Part shown: positions 17,955 to 26,983 of the stretch, piece by piece
Numbering within the stretch: position 1 is the first letter of the stretch
How the letters are laid out: each line of letters starts with the position of its first letter
Origin: an uncultured virus (IMG/VR IMGVR_UViG_3300046517_000919)
Taxonomy: Duplodnaviria; Heunggongvirae; Uroviricota; Caudoviricetes
Reading direction: 5' to 3' (one strand)
Virus record (IMG/VR): IMGVR_UViG_3300046517_000919
Length of the DNA: 64,000 nt
Translations under genes and position numbers: made by a program
Notes under the pieces: generated by a model
Told to the model about the DNA's origin: nothing
The model's database searches: none
Seen by the model: the letters and a program-made list of their open reading frames with translations, nothing else

Positions 17955-18617
17955 ATGGCGAATACGTTTGCCCCCTTTGGCTTCGCAGAATCCCACCGCC
18001 TCGGCGCTGCGCCGACCTACCAGCTCGGCGCCGCGCGCCGCTGGATTCTTTCCAGCAACACTACTGCGATCTATTTTGGCGACCCCGTCATCCAGCTCTC
18101 GTCTGGCTACATTGGCCAAGCGGTCCCCGGGGCTAATCAAGTCAGCGGTATCTTCGCAGGCTGCGAGTACATCTCCAAATCCGCCAAGAGGGTCATTTGG
18201 AGCCCATGGTGGCCGGGAACCGGCGATGCCGTAGCCGCTCCAGCAGGCGGCCAGAACACCGGCTTCGACGTTATGGCGAAGGTGATCGACGACCCGATGA
18301 CCGTCTTCCGCGTTCAGGCGAATGGCCAGCTCGCGGTGGGCCAGATCGGCATGAACGCCACCTTCACCTTCGGACTGACCGGGACCACGTTCAACGCGGC
18401 TGGCGCCCTCCCTGCGGCGAACCAGAGTAGCGGTATCAGCAACGTCGCGCTCGACATCACCCAGACTGCGCCTGCGGCGACCGCTGGGCTTCCCTTCCGC
18501 ATCCTCGACTTCATCCGTGAGCCGCCGGGGGCGCCGGGAACGGACTTCACGAGCGCCTACGGATGGGCGTTCGTCACCTTCAACACTCAGGACTTCAAGA
18601 CTTTAACCGGGATCTAA
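17955..18617 (+). CDS. capsid-associated (cement/decoration) protein
   Basis: MANTFAPFGF...IYFGDPV...GIFAGCEY...VIDDPMTVFRVQ; immediately upstream of the major capsid gene. Confidence 0.75.
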   Translation: MANTFAPFGFAESHRLGAAPTYQLGAARRWILSSNTTAIYFGDPVIQLSSGYIGQAVPGANQVSGIFAGCEYISKSAKRVIWSPWWPGTGDAVAAPAGGQNTGFDVMAKVIDDPMTVFRVQANGQLAVGQIGMNATFTFGLTGTTFNAAGALPAANQSSGISNVALDITQTAPAATAGLPFRILDFIREPPGAPGTDFTSAYGWAFVTFNTQDFKTLTGI

Positions 18618-18668
18618 AACGATCTGTGACGGCCCTGTCCTGCCCGTCGCACATAGTGGAGAAGTTCA

Positions 18669-19583
18669 ATGGCCGTCTCCGTCGCGCAGGCGTATGATCT
18701 GCTCTTCCCGGGTTTGCGCAAAGTCGCGGGCGAGTACAAGGATATCGACCGGATCTACCCTAAGATCTATCAGGTCGATAAGTCCTACATGGCCGTGGAG
18801 CGTACAGCCTCCATGAGGTTCCTCGGCCTTGCCGGTCTAAAGAACGAAGGCCAGCCAACTATTATTGATAATCAGGCTGGCGAAAGGTATATCTACAATC
18901 AATACCATAAGGAGATCGGACTTGGATACGCTTTCACCAGAAGAATGGTAGACGATAATCTTTACAAAAGACAATGGCGGCCATCTAATCTTGGTCTTCA
19001 GAAGTCGTTCAACCAGACGAAGGAAATCTACGGGGCCACTCCACTCAATACGGCGACCGTCTATGACCCGTCCGTGCTTGGCGATCAGGTTTCGCTCTGC
19101 AATCTGAACCATCCGATTGATGGCGGGTCGATCCCAAATCGGTTCACGGTCGATATGGATCTCAACGAGGCCTCGCTCCTCAATGCGCAGGCGTCGATCA
19201 GGGGGCTCTTCCGCGACAATGCTGGCTTGCGCATGCAGGCGCGAGCGAAGAGGCTGATCGTCCCCATCGCTCTTGAGCCTATCGCCATCCGCCTCCTGAA
19301 GACTGTCCTAAGACCGGGCAGCTCCGACAATGATGTCAACGCAATTCTGGAAACAAGCGGCGGTATCCCTGACGGGTTCCTCGTCCACGACTACCTGACA
19401 TCGCCGACGTTCTGGTTCGTATTGACAGATCAGGAAGGCCTGTTGTATTTGCAGCGCGTCGCCTTCGAAATGTCAATGCAAGTAGACTTCACAACCGACA
19501 ACCTCCTTGTGAAGGGTTACGAGCGTTATAGTTTCGGATACTTTGATTGGCGAGCTATCTGGGGCTCGTTCCCGTCGCAATAA
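18669..19583 (+). CDS. major capsid protein (HK97 fold)
   Basis: LLFPGL, K.EG, DDNLY, GDQVSLCNLNHP, DLNEASL, KRLIVP, DNDVNA, DYLTSPTFWFVLTD, ERYSFGYFDWRAIWGS. Confidence 0.9.
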   Translation: MAVSVAQAYDLLFPGLRKVAGEYKDIDRIYPKIYQVDKSYMAVERTASMRFLGLAGLKNEGQPTIIDNQAGERYIYNQYHKEIGLGYAFTRRMVDDNLYKRQWRPSNLGLQKSFNQTKEIYGATPLNTATVYDPSVLGDQVSLCNLNHPIDGGSIPNRFTVDMDLNEASLLNAQASIRGLFRDNAGLRMQARAKRLIVPIALEPIAIRLLKTVLRPGSSDNDVNAILETSGGIPDGFLVHDYLTSPTFWFVLTDQEGLLYLQRVAFEMSMQVDFTTDNLLVKGYERYSFGYFDWRAIWGSFPSQ

Positions 19584-19596
19584 CTGAGGCACATCT

Positions 19597-20850
19597 ATGG
19601 CCAAGGACACGTTTACTGGCCCGCTGATCGCCCTCGGTGGATTGGCTGGGGGATCTGGCGTCAGTTCGCCGAGGGAATACTCGGACGAAATCGGTCCCTC
19701 GATCTTCTGGGGCGGCGTGGCGATCCCGGCGAGCAGCGGGCCAGCTAGCAAGGATCGCACCGGCCCCGGCTCAATTGCGTCGGTTTACTGCGCCAGCCCG
19801 ATCAGGACGATCAACTGCGCCCCGGTGGCAGGCGCCGTTAACCTGACCGTAGCCGGTCTGCCGACGCTTGGCACGCCGCTGGTCAATGTCACGACCTATG
19901 CCGCCGGGATTGGGGTCGGTACGCCGGTTCTCACCTCTGGCGGCGTTGCGACGACCGGCATCGCGCTCGACATGGGGCTCGATCTCGCCACGTTTGCGGC
20001 CACAGGCGGCTCGCCAAGTGGCGGCACGGCGACGCTGACGGGAACGTCGGCAGGCAATGCGTGGCGCTATCAGGTCGGTCAGTGGATTGGCCTCCTGAAC
20101 GGCGGCACGGCTGGCGTGACGCGCATGTCGCAGATCGTAGGGATTGCGGGCGCCGTCCTCTCGGTTAACCCCGCCCCGGTGGCTGCGAGCGGCCAGATCA
20201 CCCTCTCCAACCGCTACAACCCCAACCAGTATGGCGCGAGCCAGACGACGCCTACCTCAATCTCCTCGACGGCGTCGGCTGGCTCGGCGCGCATTCTGAT
20301 CCCCGAGCTGGGCACCACACGCGGCGTCGGCGTCACCGCAGCGGCGTCAACGAATGGGCAAGTCCTCATTCAGGGCATTGGCGCTTTCGGCATGCAAGTA
20401 AGCGAGATCATCACCGCAGTTGCTGGCACGACTGTCTGGGGCAAGAAGACCTACGACATCTTCATTTCGGCAACGCCGCTGTTCAGTGACCCCACTGGCG
20501 GCCACAATCTGACCGTGAAGACATCGGACTTCATCGGCTTCCCAATGTCGGTCATGGACGCAAGCAGCATCGTCTCGGCGACCTTCGCGGGGACGCAATT
20601 GGTTTATACCGGCACCTCGACCGCGATCATCATTCCGGCTGATCTGACCTACCCGGCGACGACCATAACAGGCGATCCGAGGGGTGGGCTCCAGTTGAGC
20701 GCCAATGGGCCAGTGACCGGGCCGACGGGGACGCCGCCGGTCCTCAACGGCACCAACCTTCTGGTTGTCGATCAGCGGCTCAATCCGCTGCAAGTGGCGT
20801 TGTCTACTACGATCAATCCCGGGCCGCTGCTCGGCGTTCCCGGGGTCTGA
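19597..20850 (+). CDS. structural protein, G/A/T/S-rich
   Basis: Follows the capsid gene; beta-rich composition; SEIIT...GKKT...GDPRG pattern. Confidence 0.65.
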   Translation: MAKDTFTGPLIALGGLAGGSGVSSPREYSDEIGPSIFWGGVAIPASSGPASKDRTGPGSIASVYCASPIRTINCAPVAGAVNLTVAGLPTLGTPLVNVTTYAAGIGVGTPVLTSGGVATTGIALDMGLDLATFAATGGSPSGGTATLTGTSAGNAWRYQVGQWIGLLNGGTAGVTRMSQIVGIAGAVLSVNPAPVAASGQITLSNRYNPNQYGASQTTPTSISSTASAGSARILIPELGTTRGVGVTAAASTNGQVLIQGIGAFGMQVSEIITAVAGTTVWGKKTYDIFISATPLFSDPTGGHNLTVKTSDFIGFPMSVMDASSIVSATFAGTQLVYTGTSTAIIIPADLTYPATTITGDPRGGLQLSANGPVTGPTGTPPVLNGTNLLVVDQRLNPLQVALSTTINPGPLLGVPGV

Positions 20851-20860
20851 GGAGGTTTCA

Positions 20861-21241
20861 ATGGATCGCGAAGGCAGAGCCAAAGGCGGCGTCGTTTATG
20901 CTGGCAAGGGCTCAGTTCCGGCCAAGATCTTCAAGGGTAACAAGCGCTCGCCCAACACGCCTGATGCGAGCCTGAAGCGCGGCGCGGGGCCGATCTTCCG
21001 CAAGCGCGGCGGCAGGCTTCCCGAGGCGTTCAAGGAACATGAGGGCGACCCGGAAGATCGCGATGACAAGGCGACGGGCGGCGCCATCTCTGGCGGCAGC
21101 TCCAAGCCGAGCATGGGCCGTGCTGGCCGCAAGACCGGCGGCGCGTGCGGCAAGGCCGACATGAAGCCGACAACCTATCCTGAGACGCCGTCGATGCCGA
21201 AGGGCACGAAACTGATGGGAGATAGCGAAAGGGTTCCCTGA
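20861..21241 (+). CDS. small basic protein with four xxxGG motifs
   Basis: GGAGG RBS; RAKGGVV, RKRGGRL, KATGGAI, KPSMGRAGRKTGGAC. Confidence 0.7.
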   Translation: MDREGRAKGGVVYAGKGSVPAKIFKGNKRSPNTPDASLKRGAGPIFRKRGGRLPEAFKEHEGDPEDRDDKATGGAISGGSSKPSMGRAGRKTGGACGKADMKPTTYPETPSMPKGTKLMGDSERVP

Positions 21242-21295
21242 TTTCGCATCCCCTCTGCCTCAACGACAGGGGGCCTTTTCGCAGAACCTGTTAGC

Positions 21296-21339
21296 TCGCC
21301 GCCGTTCCTTTTCCGCAAAAGGGCGGCGGCGATTTTGTT
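21296..21339 (+). terminator. intrinsic terminator after the capsid operon
   Basis: TCGCCGCCGTTCCTTTT-CCGC-AAAAGGGCGGCGGCGA stem followed by TTTTGTT. Confidence 0.7.
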
Positions 21340-21344
21340 AGAGG

Positions 21345-21611
21345 ATGAACGCGATGTGTGGCTTTGGCATCAACACGATTTTTCAGGTGGCGATTTTCGT
21401 CATCGTCGTCCTCGTCGTTCTGGCGTTGCTGCGCGCCCTTCTGGGTGATTTCTTCACCAGCATTACCAGCGCGCCCTACTGGAACATCATCCAGATCGTC
21501 ATCGGCGGCGTCGTTGCGATCCTGATCCTGCTGTTCCTGTGGCGGCTGGCGGAATGCGCGGGCTTGTTCGGCGGGCGGGTTGGGGAGATGCTGCTCCCCG
21601 CTCTAACGTAA
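21345..21611 (+). CDS. two-TM membrane protein (holin-like candidate)
   Basis: Two long hydrophobic segments; GAGG RBS. Confidence 0.6.
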   Translation: MNAMCGFGINTIFQVAIFVIVVLVVLALLRALLGDFFTSITSAPYWNIIQIVIGGVVAILILLFLWRLAECAGLFGGRVGEMLLPALT

Positions 21612-21621
21612 GAGGCTAGGC

Positions 21622-22290
21622 ATGCGCCCGATTTCCGTCACCCTTGGCCCCTACGCCGCTGGCGTCGCCAACAACATTGCGACAGCCCAAACGCTGACCG
21701 GGACGCCGCCTTTCGCATTCGCGATCAATGGCGCTCTGCTCAGCGGCCCGGCGGCGGTTCTCGACGCTCCCCGCCAAGTCGCGATCACCTCGGCCGGAAA
21801 CGATAGCGGCGTCATTTTCACCGTCAACGGGACCAACGCCAATGGCGATCCGATAGGTGAGCAAGTGCGCGGGGCCAGCGGCGCCGTGGCGACGACGAAC
21901 ACTCTGTTCAAGAGGGTCTATGCCGTATCGGCGAGCGGCCCGACGACCAGCGTGACCATCGGCACGGCGGCGGCGCCTTGGTTTAGTTCACCGATCAGGC
22001 TTGATGAGTGGGCGGAGCCCCAAATCGGCGTTCAGGTCGCGGTGACTGGCACGGTCAACTACACCGTCCAGTCAAGCTTCGATGAGGGGCCGGATTCGCT
22101 GACCAATCCAATTCCTCTAGCTTCGATGACTTGGGATACGAGCACGGCTATCGGCCTGCCCGCAGCGGCGGGGACGGCGACGGCTTCATTCGGACTGACG
22201 GTTGCGCCGCTATGGCTTAGGATTGCGCTCAACAGCGGCACCGGCTCGGTGAGAATGAACGTGGTGCAGTACAACAACTACACGACCTAG
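21622..22290 (+). CDS. virion structural protein
   Basis: PRQVAITSAGNDSGVIFTVNGT...GTVNYTVQ...RIALNSGTGSV beta-rich pattern within the structural module. Confidence 0.65.
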   Translation: MRPISVTLGPYAAGVANNIATAQTLTGTPPFAFAINGALLSGPAAVLDAPRQVAITSAGNDSGVIFTVNGTNANGDPIGEQVRGASGAVATTNTLFKRVYAVSASGPTTSVTIGTAAAPWFSSPIRLDEWAEPQIGVQVAVTGTVNYTVQSSFDEGPDSLTNPIPLASMTWDTSTAIGLPAAAGTATASFGLTVAPLWLRIALNSGTGSVRMNVVQYNNYTT

Positions 22291-22311
22291 GATCGTACGA
22301 TTGAGGACTAG

Positions 22312-23004
22312 ATGGTTGACCTTAACCTCACCGAAACCTTCGACTTCGCGCCGTCGGTTGGCGAGGTCGTCCTCAATGGGCTGAGCCGCATCCAAATTCG
22401 CGGCCCGATGGTCAAGACCCCGATGCTCCAGATGGCCAATCAAGAGGCCAATCTGATGCAAGTCGAGTGGTCGAACCGGGGTCCGAACTTGTGGACGGTC
22501 GATGCGCAGGAAGTCGATACCGTTCCCGGCTATGCGACCTATTCCGTCGATCCTTCGACCATTGCCATCTTGGAGGCGACGCTCGGGCAGGGCGACCCGC
22601 CGAACGAAACGCAGATCCTGCTGACCTCGATCAGCCGCACCGAGTACATGGCTTACCCAAACAAGGCGACGCCGGGACGCCCGACCGTCTACTGGTACGA
22701 CATCCTGATTGCGCCGACGATCACCCTGTGGCCAGTGCCTGACCGGGTCTACCATCTGCACTTCAGCCGCTACCGGCAGCAGATGGATGCGACGATGCGC
22801 CGCGCCGGGAACTTCGAAGTGCCCTATCGGTGGCTCGATGTGGCCTGTGCTGGCATGGCGCACCGGCTTGCGCGCCACTATGCGCCAGCATTGGAGCAGC
22901 AGCGCAAGGCCGACTACAACGAGGCCTACGAACACGCCGCCAGCCGCGACAAGGAGAACGCGCCGATCTATCTCTCGCCGATGATCGAGTACTACCATGC
23001 CTGA
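22312..23004 (+). CDS. head-to-tail adaptor protein (putative)
   Basis: EWSNRGPNLWT...ISRTEY.AYPNK...GRPT.YW...LWPVPD...PYRWL pattern of podovirus adaptor/tubular proteins. Confidence 0.75.
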   Translation: MVDLNLTETFDFAPSVGEVVLNGLSRIQIRGPMVKTPMLQMANQEANLMQVEWSNRGPNLWTVDAQEVDTVPGYATYSVDPSTIAILEATLGQGDPPNETQILLTSISRTEYMAYPNKATPGRPTVYWYDILIAPTITLWPVPDRVYHLHFSRYRQQMDATMRRAGNFEVPYRWLDVACAGMAHRLARHYAPALEQQRKADYNEAYEHAASRDKENAPIYLSPMIEYYHA

Positions 23005-23020
23005 CAAGAAAGAATGAGCC

Positions 23021-23407
23021 ATGGGATGGGCGAGCCAATCTGGCCGGGCGATCACAAATCCAGAAGCGCCGCGCGCCTTCGCGGTCTGCGACAATTGCGG
23101 CTTCTGGTACAACCATTCCGCGCTGAAATGGAACATGGAATGGCAGGGGACGCAGCTCGTCAACTCGGGCTTCTTGGTCTGTTACCGCTGCAACGACAGG
23201 CCAAACCCGCAGCTCAAGGCGCGGCTGATGCCGCCAGACCCGGTGCCGATCCGCAATCCTCGGCCCGAGCAATATCTCTATTCGAGCCCGGTCAGGCACC
23301 TCGGGACCGAGCAGCAGCCTCCTCCGCCGCAGGGGTCTGCGATCTCGACTGAGCCGGATCGGCGCAAGAATTGGCCTGCTGGCGTGCCGCTGGAGATCGA
23401 GCCGTGA
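23021..23407 (+). CDS. small zinc-binding structural-module protein
   Basis: [10 protein letters not shown]...[13 protein letters not shown]...[10 protein letters not shown] (two CxxC). Confidence 0.7.
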   Translation: MGWASQSGRAITNPEAPRAFAVCDNCGFWYNHSALKWNMEWQGTQLVNSGFLVCYRCNDRPNPQLKARLMPPDPVPIRNPRPEQYLYSSPVRHLGTEQQPPPPQGSAISTEPDRRKNWPAGVPLEIEP

Positions 23408-25707
23408 ACGACTTCTCCGAGAGCAAGTTCGCGTGGAAGGGGCCGTTCGACAAGGCCAGCTCCAGACTGGCGACCTCGACGCGCCAGACGCCTGTAGGGC
23501 TTGATCAGGGCGTCCCGCCGCCAATTGAGCTTGAGATCCCGATCTCGCAGCTCCCGCTCGCCGGGCCGCTGTTCGGCGACGAGCTGGTCGCCATCGTCCA
23601 GAACGGCATCACGATGCGCTCGACGACGGCGGTCGTTGGCGCCCAAGGCGAGACGCCGGTCTTCATCTACAAGACCGCACAATTGGTCTATTCGGCCACG
23701 GTCGGGCAGACGGTATTCTCACTCTCGGTGCCGGATCACTACGGCAAGTTCTTTCGCCTGACAGATGCTGACGCGCTTCAAGTCACGGTTGGCGGCATCC
23801 GCTTCATTCAGGATGACGGCAGCGGCACGTTTGGCCAGTACACCGTCGATCTGCTGAACAACCGGGTTATCCTCCTCACGCCGTTCAGCACCGATTCGGT
23901 GGTCATCGTTGGCGATGGCGATGTGGCGGTGTTCGATATTTTCACCCTGACCGCGCCTGCCAGCGGCGGCGGGGGCGGCGGTGGGGGTGGGGGTGGGGGC
24001 GGCGCCACCATCCAGATTCATACGCAGGCGCTGGTTCTTGCGACCGTAAACACCTTCCCCGATCTGGATCTCTCGCCCGACGGCGGCATGATCATCATGT
24101 ACGTCAATGGTGTGGCGTTCTCCAACGATTCGATCCCGCCCGCCTTTGAAGTGTCCGGCCGTACGATCACTTGGCTGAACACCGACTACTCCGTCTATCC
24201 AGCCGATGAAGTGGTGATCGCCTACAGCTATGGCGGCACGCCGTCCACAACGACAATGATGGATGGGAGAGGCGGTGGGCGGAGCGGCATTTCCCTGTTC
24301 GATGCTGGCACCGTGTCCGGGCTCAATACCGAGGGCTTGACCATTGCGACGGTGAATGTCTTTCCGTCGCTGGCGCTCGCCCCTAACGGGCAAATGATCA
24401 TTGTTTACGTCAATGGCCGGGCATTCTCCAACAGCGCGGCGACGCCCGATTTTAGCGTGGCTGGCCAGACGATCACTTGGCTAAACGAAGATTATTCCGT
24501 CTACCCGTCTGACGAGGTCGTGGCCTGCTACACTTACGGCTCGACTTCCGGGGGAGGCGGCGGAGGAGGAGGGGGCATCCCCGAGGCGCCAGCCGATAAC
24601 CAGCAATATGGCCGGGAGAATTTCGCGTGGACGGTAATCACGCCGTCAATCGGCGACGCCCCGAGCGATAGCGTCCTTTACGGCCGGGAGAACGGCGACT
24701 GGGTTGCGGTATCGACCTCCGGTAGCGGCATCCCCGATGCGCCCGGCGGGGCTGGCGTCGCCTACGCTCGTAGGGACTTTGGCTGGTCTACGCTGACGCA
24801 TTCCGACATCACCGACTGGAACGCGAGCGTCCCCCCGGCCTACAGCCTTCCTCCAGCCTCTACGGTGCTGCGTGGCGGGGTGAGAGTCGATGGCACGACA
24901 ATCACCGTCAGCGGCGACATGATCTCGTCCACGGGCGGCTACACGCTTCCCACAGCCTCCACGAGTGTTCTGGGCGGCGTCAAGATCGACGGCACCTCGA
25001 TCACCATCGCCAGCGGCGTGATTTCATCTAATTATTCCCTCCCCACCGCATCCACCTCAGTGCTCGGCGGCGTCAAGATCGACGGGACGACGGTCACGAT
25101 AAGTGTTGGCGGCGTCATCTCTGCTTCGCCCGGCGGCTACAGCCTTCCGGCGGCTACCACGTCGGTGCGCGGGGGCGTGAGGGTAGATGGCACGTCGATC
25201 ACCACAAGTAGCGGCGACATCATCTCGGCGACTGCCTACACGCTTCCTACGGCCTCTACGAGCGTGCTCGGCGGCGTGAAGGTGGATGGCACCTCGGTCA
25301 CCATTGCGAGCGGGGTGATTTCGGTCGCGGCGGTCGGCTACGCCGCGCTCCCGACGGAGGTGCAGCAAGTCCCGGTCAGCTTCATCTTCAGCGGCGTGCC
25401 CGCGACCGGGGCGGTGGTGAACGTGCCGATTGCGATGGCTCTGACCGTGCCTGCGAGCCTCGCCGGGACGAAGGTTTACGACAGCGTGCTATCGACCGGC
25501 TCTCCTAGCTTTACGGTGAACAAGATTTCGGGCGGCTCGACCACCGGGATTGGCACGGTGCAAATCACCAATGGTAGCCACACCTCGGCGACGCTCGGGG
25601 GGTCGGGCGGGTCATTGGCGGCGGGCGACGTGCTCCAGATCCTCGCGCCGACGGCGGATGCGACGCTCGCCGATCTCGGGATCACGCTTTTGCTGACGAG
25701 GGTCTGA
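23404..25707 (+). CDS. fibre protein (head or tail) with tandem repeats
   Basis: GTG coupled to upstream stop; duplicated ~70-aa domain; poly-Gly linkers; APxD...YGR motifs; 5x [17 protein letters not shown] repeats. Confidence 0.75.
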   Translation: MNDFSESKFAWKGPFDKASSRLATSTRQTPVGLDQGVPPPIELEIPISQLPLAGPLFGDELVAIVQNGITMRSTTAVVGAQGETPVFIYKTAQLVYSATVGQTVFSLSVPDHYGKFFRLTDADALQVTVGGIRFIQDDGSGTFGQYTVDLLNNRVILLTPFSTDSVVIVGDGDVAVFDIFTLTAPASGGGGGGGGGGGGGATIQIHTQALVLATVNTFPDLDLSPDGGMIIMYVNGVAFSNDSIPPAFEVSGRTITWLNTDYSVYPADEVVIAYSYGGTPSTTTMMDGRGGGRSGISLFDAGTVSGLNTEGLTIATVNVFPSLALAPNGQMIIVYVNGRAFSNSAATPDFSVAGQTITWLNEDYSVYPSDEVVACYTYGSTSGGGGGGGGGIPEAPADNQQYGRENFAWTVITPSIGDAPSDSVLYGRENGDWVAVSTSGSGIPDAPGGAGVAYARRDFGWSTLTHSDITDWNASVPPAYSLPPASTVLRGGVRVDGTTITVSGDMISSTGGYTLPTASTSVLGGVKIDGTSITIASGVISSNYSLPTASTSVLGGVKIDGTTVTISVGGVISASPGGYSLPAATTSVRGGVRVDGTSITTSSGDIISATAYTLPTASTSVLGGVKVDGTSVTIASGVISVAAVGYAALPTEVQQVPVSFIFSGVPATGAVVNVPIAMALTVPASLAGTKVYDSVLSTGSPSFTVNKISGGSTTGIGTVQITNGSHTSATLGGSGGSLAAGDVLQILAPTADATLADLGITLLLTRV
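24841..25325 (+). repeat. five tandem coding repeats YxLPxA(S/T)TxxxGGV(K/R)xDGT
   Basis: Visible in the translation of 23404..25707. Confidence 0.85.
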
Positions 25708-26171
25708 TGGCTACCGAGAAATGGATCGCAGGCGCGGTATCGTGGACGGCGTGCTTTGGCTCGGAGGTCAACTCATGCGCCAGTGGCAGCTCGGTCCTGT
25801 CGTCGAGCGTTCTCACCAATACCGCTGGGGACATGTTCGCCGACGTGTCGTTCGCCCTTGGATCGATGACAACTCTCGCGCCAAACACGCTTTCCTTATT
25901 TCTCTACCCGCTAAACCAAGACGGCTCGACCTACGGCGACAGTCAGTTGACGACCTCGCCGCAGGCGAAGACGCCATCCGCGACGTTGTTCGCCGGTCAG
26001 TTCAGCTCGCCGATTGTCACGACCACGCCGCTCACCGGCTTCATTACGCGCATCATCCTGCCAACCATTGGCGAGAGTTTCTGTTTCGCCATCCAAAACA
26101 ATCTGGGCAACGCCATCGCGGCGAGCGCCAACACGATCAAGTGGCAGACATACAACCGACAAGTGGTATGA
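25707..26171 (+). CDS. small structural protein, paralog of 62305..62793
   Basis: Shared WT..F...SS.LSS...N...DG.T(Y/F)GD..LT...ILP...F..A.QNNLG pattern. Confidence 0.7.
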   Translation: MATEKWIAGAVSWTACFGSEVNSCASGSSVLSSSVLTNTAGDMFADVSFALGSMTTLAPNTLSLFLYPLNQDGSTYGDSQLTTSPQAKTPSATLFAGQFSSPIVTTTPLTGFITRIILPTIGESFCFAIQNNLGNAIAASANTIKWQTYNRQVV

Positions 26172-26172
26172 C

Positions 26173-26946
26173 GTGCTCACATTTGACGGGAGGCTCGACC
26201 GCTACGACCGCGTTCCAGACCTTAGCCCGCCGCATCTGCGGTACGGGCTTGTCGGATGGTGGCGCGGCAGCAGCGGCCAAGATTATTCCGGCTACGGCAA
26301 TCACGTCATTCCCGGCTCGTCATCGACTACGCGCCAAGCGCCGTTTGGAATAGGCAGCGCCTATTTCCTGAACGCCACGGTGGCCACTGCCCTGATTGGC
26401 GCGACTTCGAGGCCGTCAATAAACACTCAAGCCCTCACCTATGCGGCGTGGATAAATCTAGGCGCGACCGGACTGTTTAAGGTTGTGTATGGCGGCAACA
26501 CCGCCACCCGCAACCCGCAAATGCTGACCAATAACGCCAATCCGGCGACAATTGGCTTTAGCGTCAACGGGAGTGGCTCTACCCTTAACAGCCCCGCAAC
26601 CTTGACGACGGGGAAATGGTATCATGTCGCCGCGTCCTATATTTTTGCTGGAGATGAATGCTGCGTCTACCTGAATGGGGTACGGGTCGCTCATTCAAAA
26701 CCATTCGGCAATAGCTCTGCCCTTGTTTACACAGGAGGGCAGATGGGCATCGGGGGAAATAGTAGCTTTATCTTCAACGGTCAGATAGCCGACATGCGGG
26801 TATACAACCGTGTGCTTGCCGATGCCGAAGTGTACCAGATTTATGCGCTGCCGTTCGTGACCGGGTTTGAATCAATCGAGCTGTCGCTGATGCCGCCGCC
26901 GCCCCCAGCCACGGGACGGAAGACGCAGGCAATGATAATGGCTTGA
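26173..26946 (+). CDS. LamG/concanavalin-A-like lectin domain protein (putative receptor binding)
   Basis: GLVGWW...DYSGYGNH...TYAAWI...GKWYHVAASY...YLNG...FNGQIADMRVYNRVLADAEV. Confidence 0.85.
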   Translation: MLTFDGRLDRYDRVPDLSPPHLRYGLVGWWRGSSGQDYSGYGNHVIPGSSSTTRQAPFGIGSAYFLNATVATALIGATSRPSINTQALTYAAWINLGATGLFKVVYGGNTATRNPQMLTNNANPATIGFSVNGSGSTLNSPATLTTGKWYHVAASYIFAGDECCVYLNGVRVAHSKPFGNSSALVYTGGQMGIGGNSSFIFNGQIADMRVYNRVLADAEVYQIYALPFVTGFESIELSLMPPPPPATGRKTQAMIMA

Positions 26947-26983
26947 GGGCGCCATATGGCGCATTTCTGGAGGCTAGATAGCC

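Noticed and set aside
23964..24005. G-rich tracts (also 35805-35857) as G-quadruplex or contingency loci
   Set aside because: Mixed GGN codons encoding poly-Gly linkers explain them.
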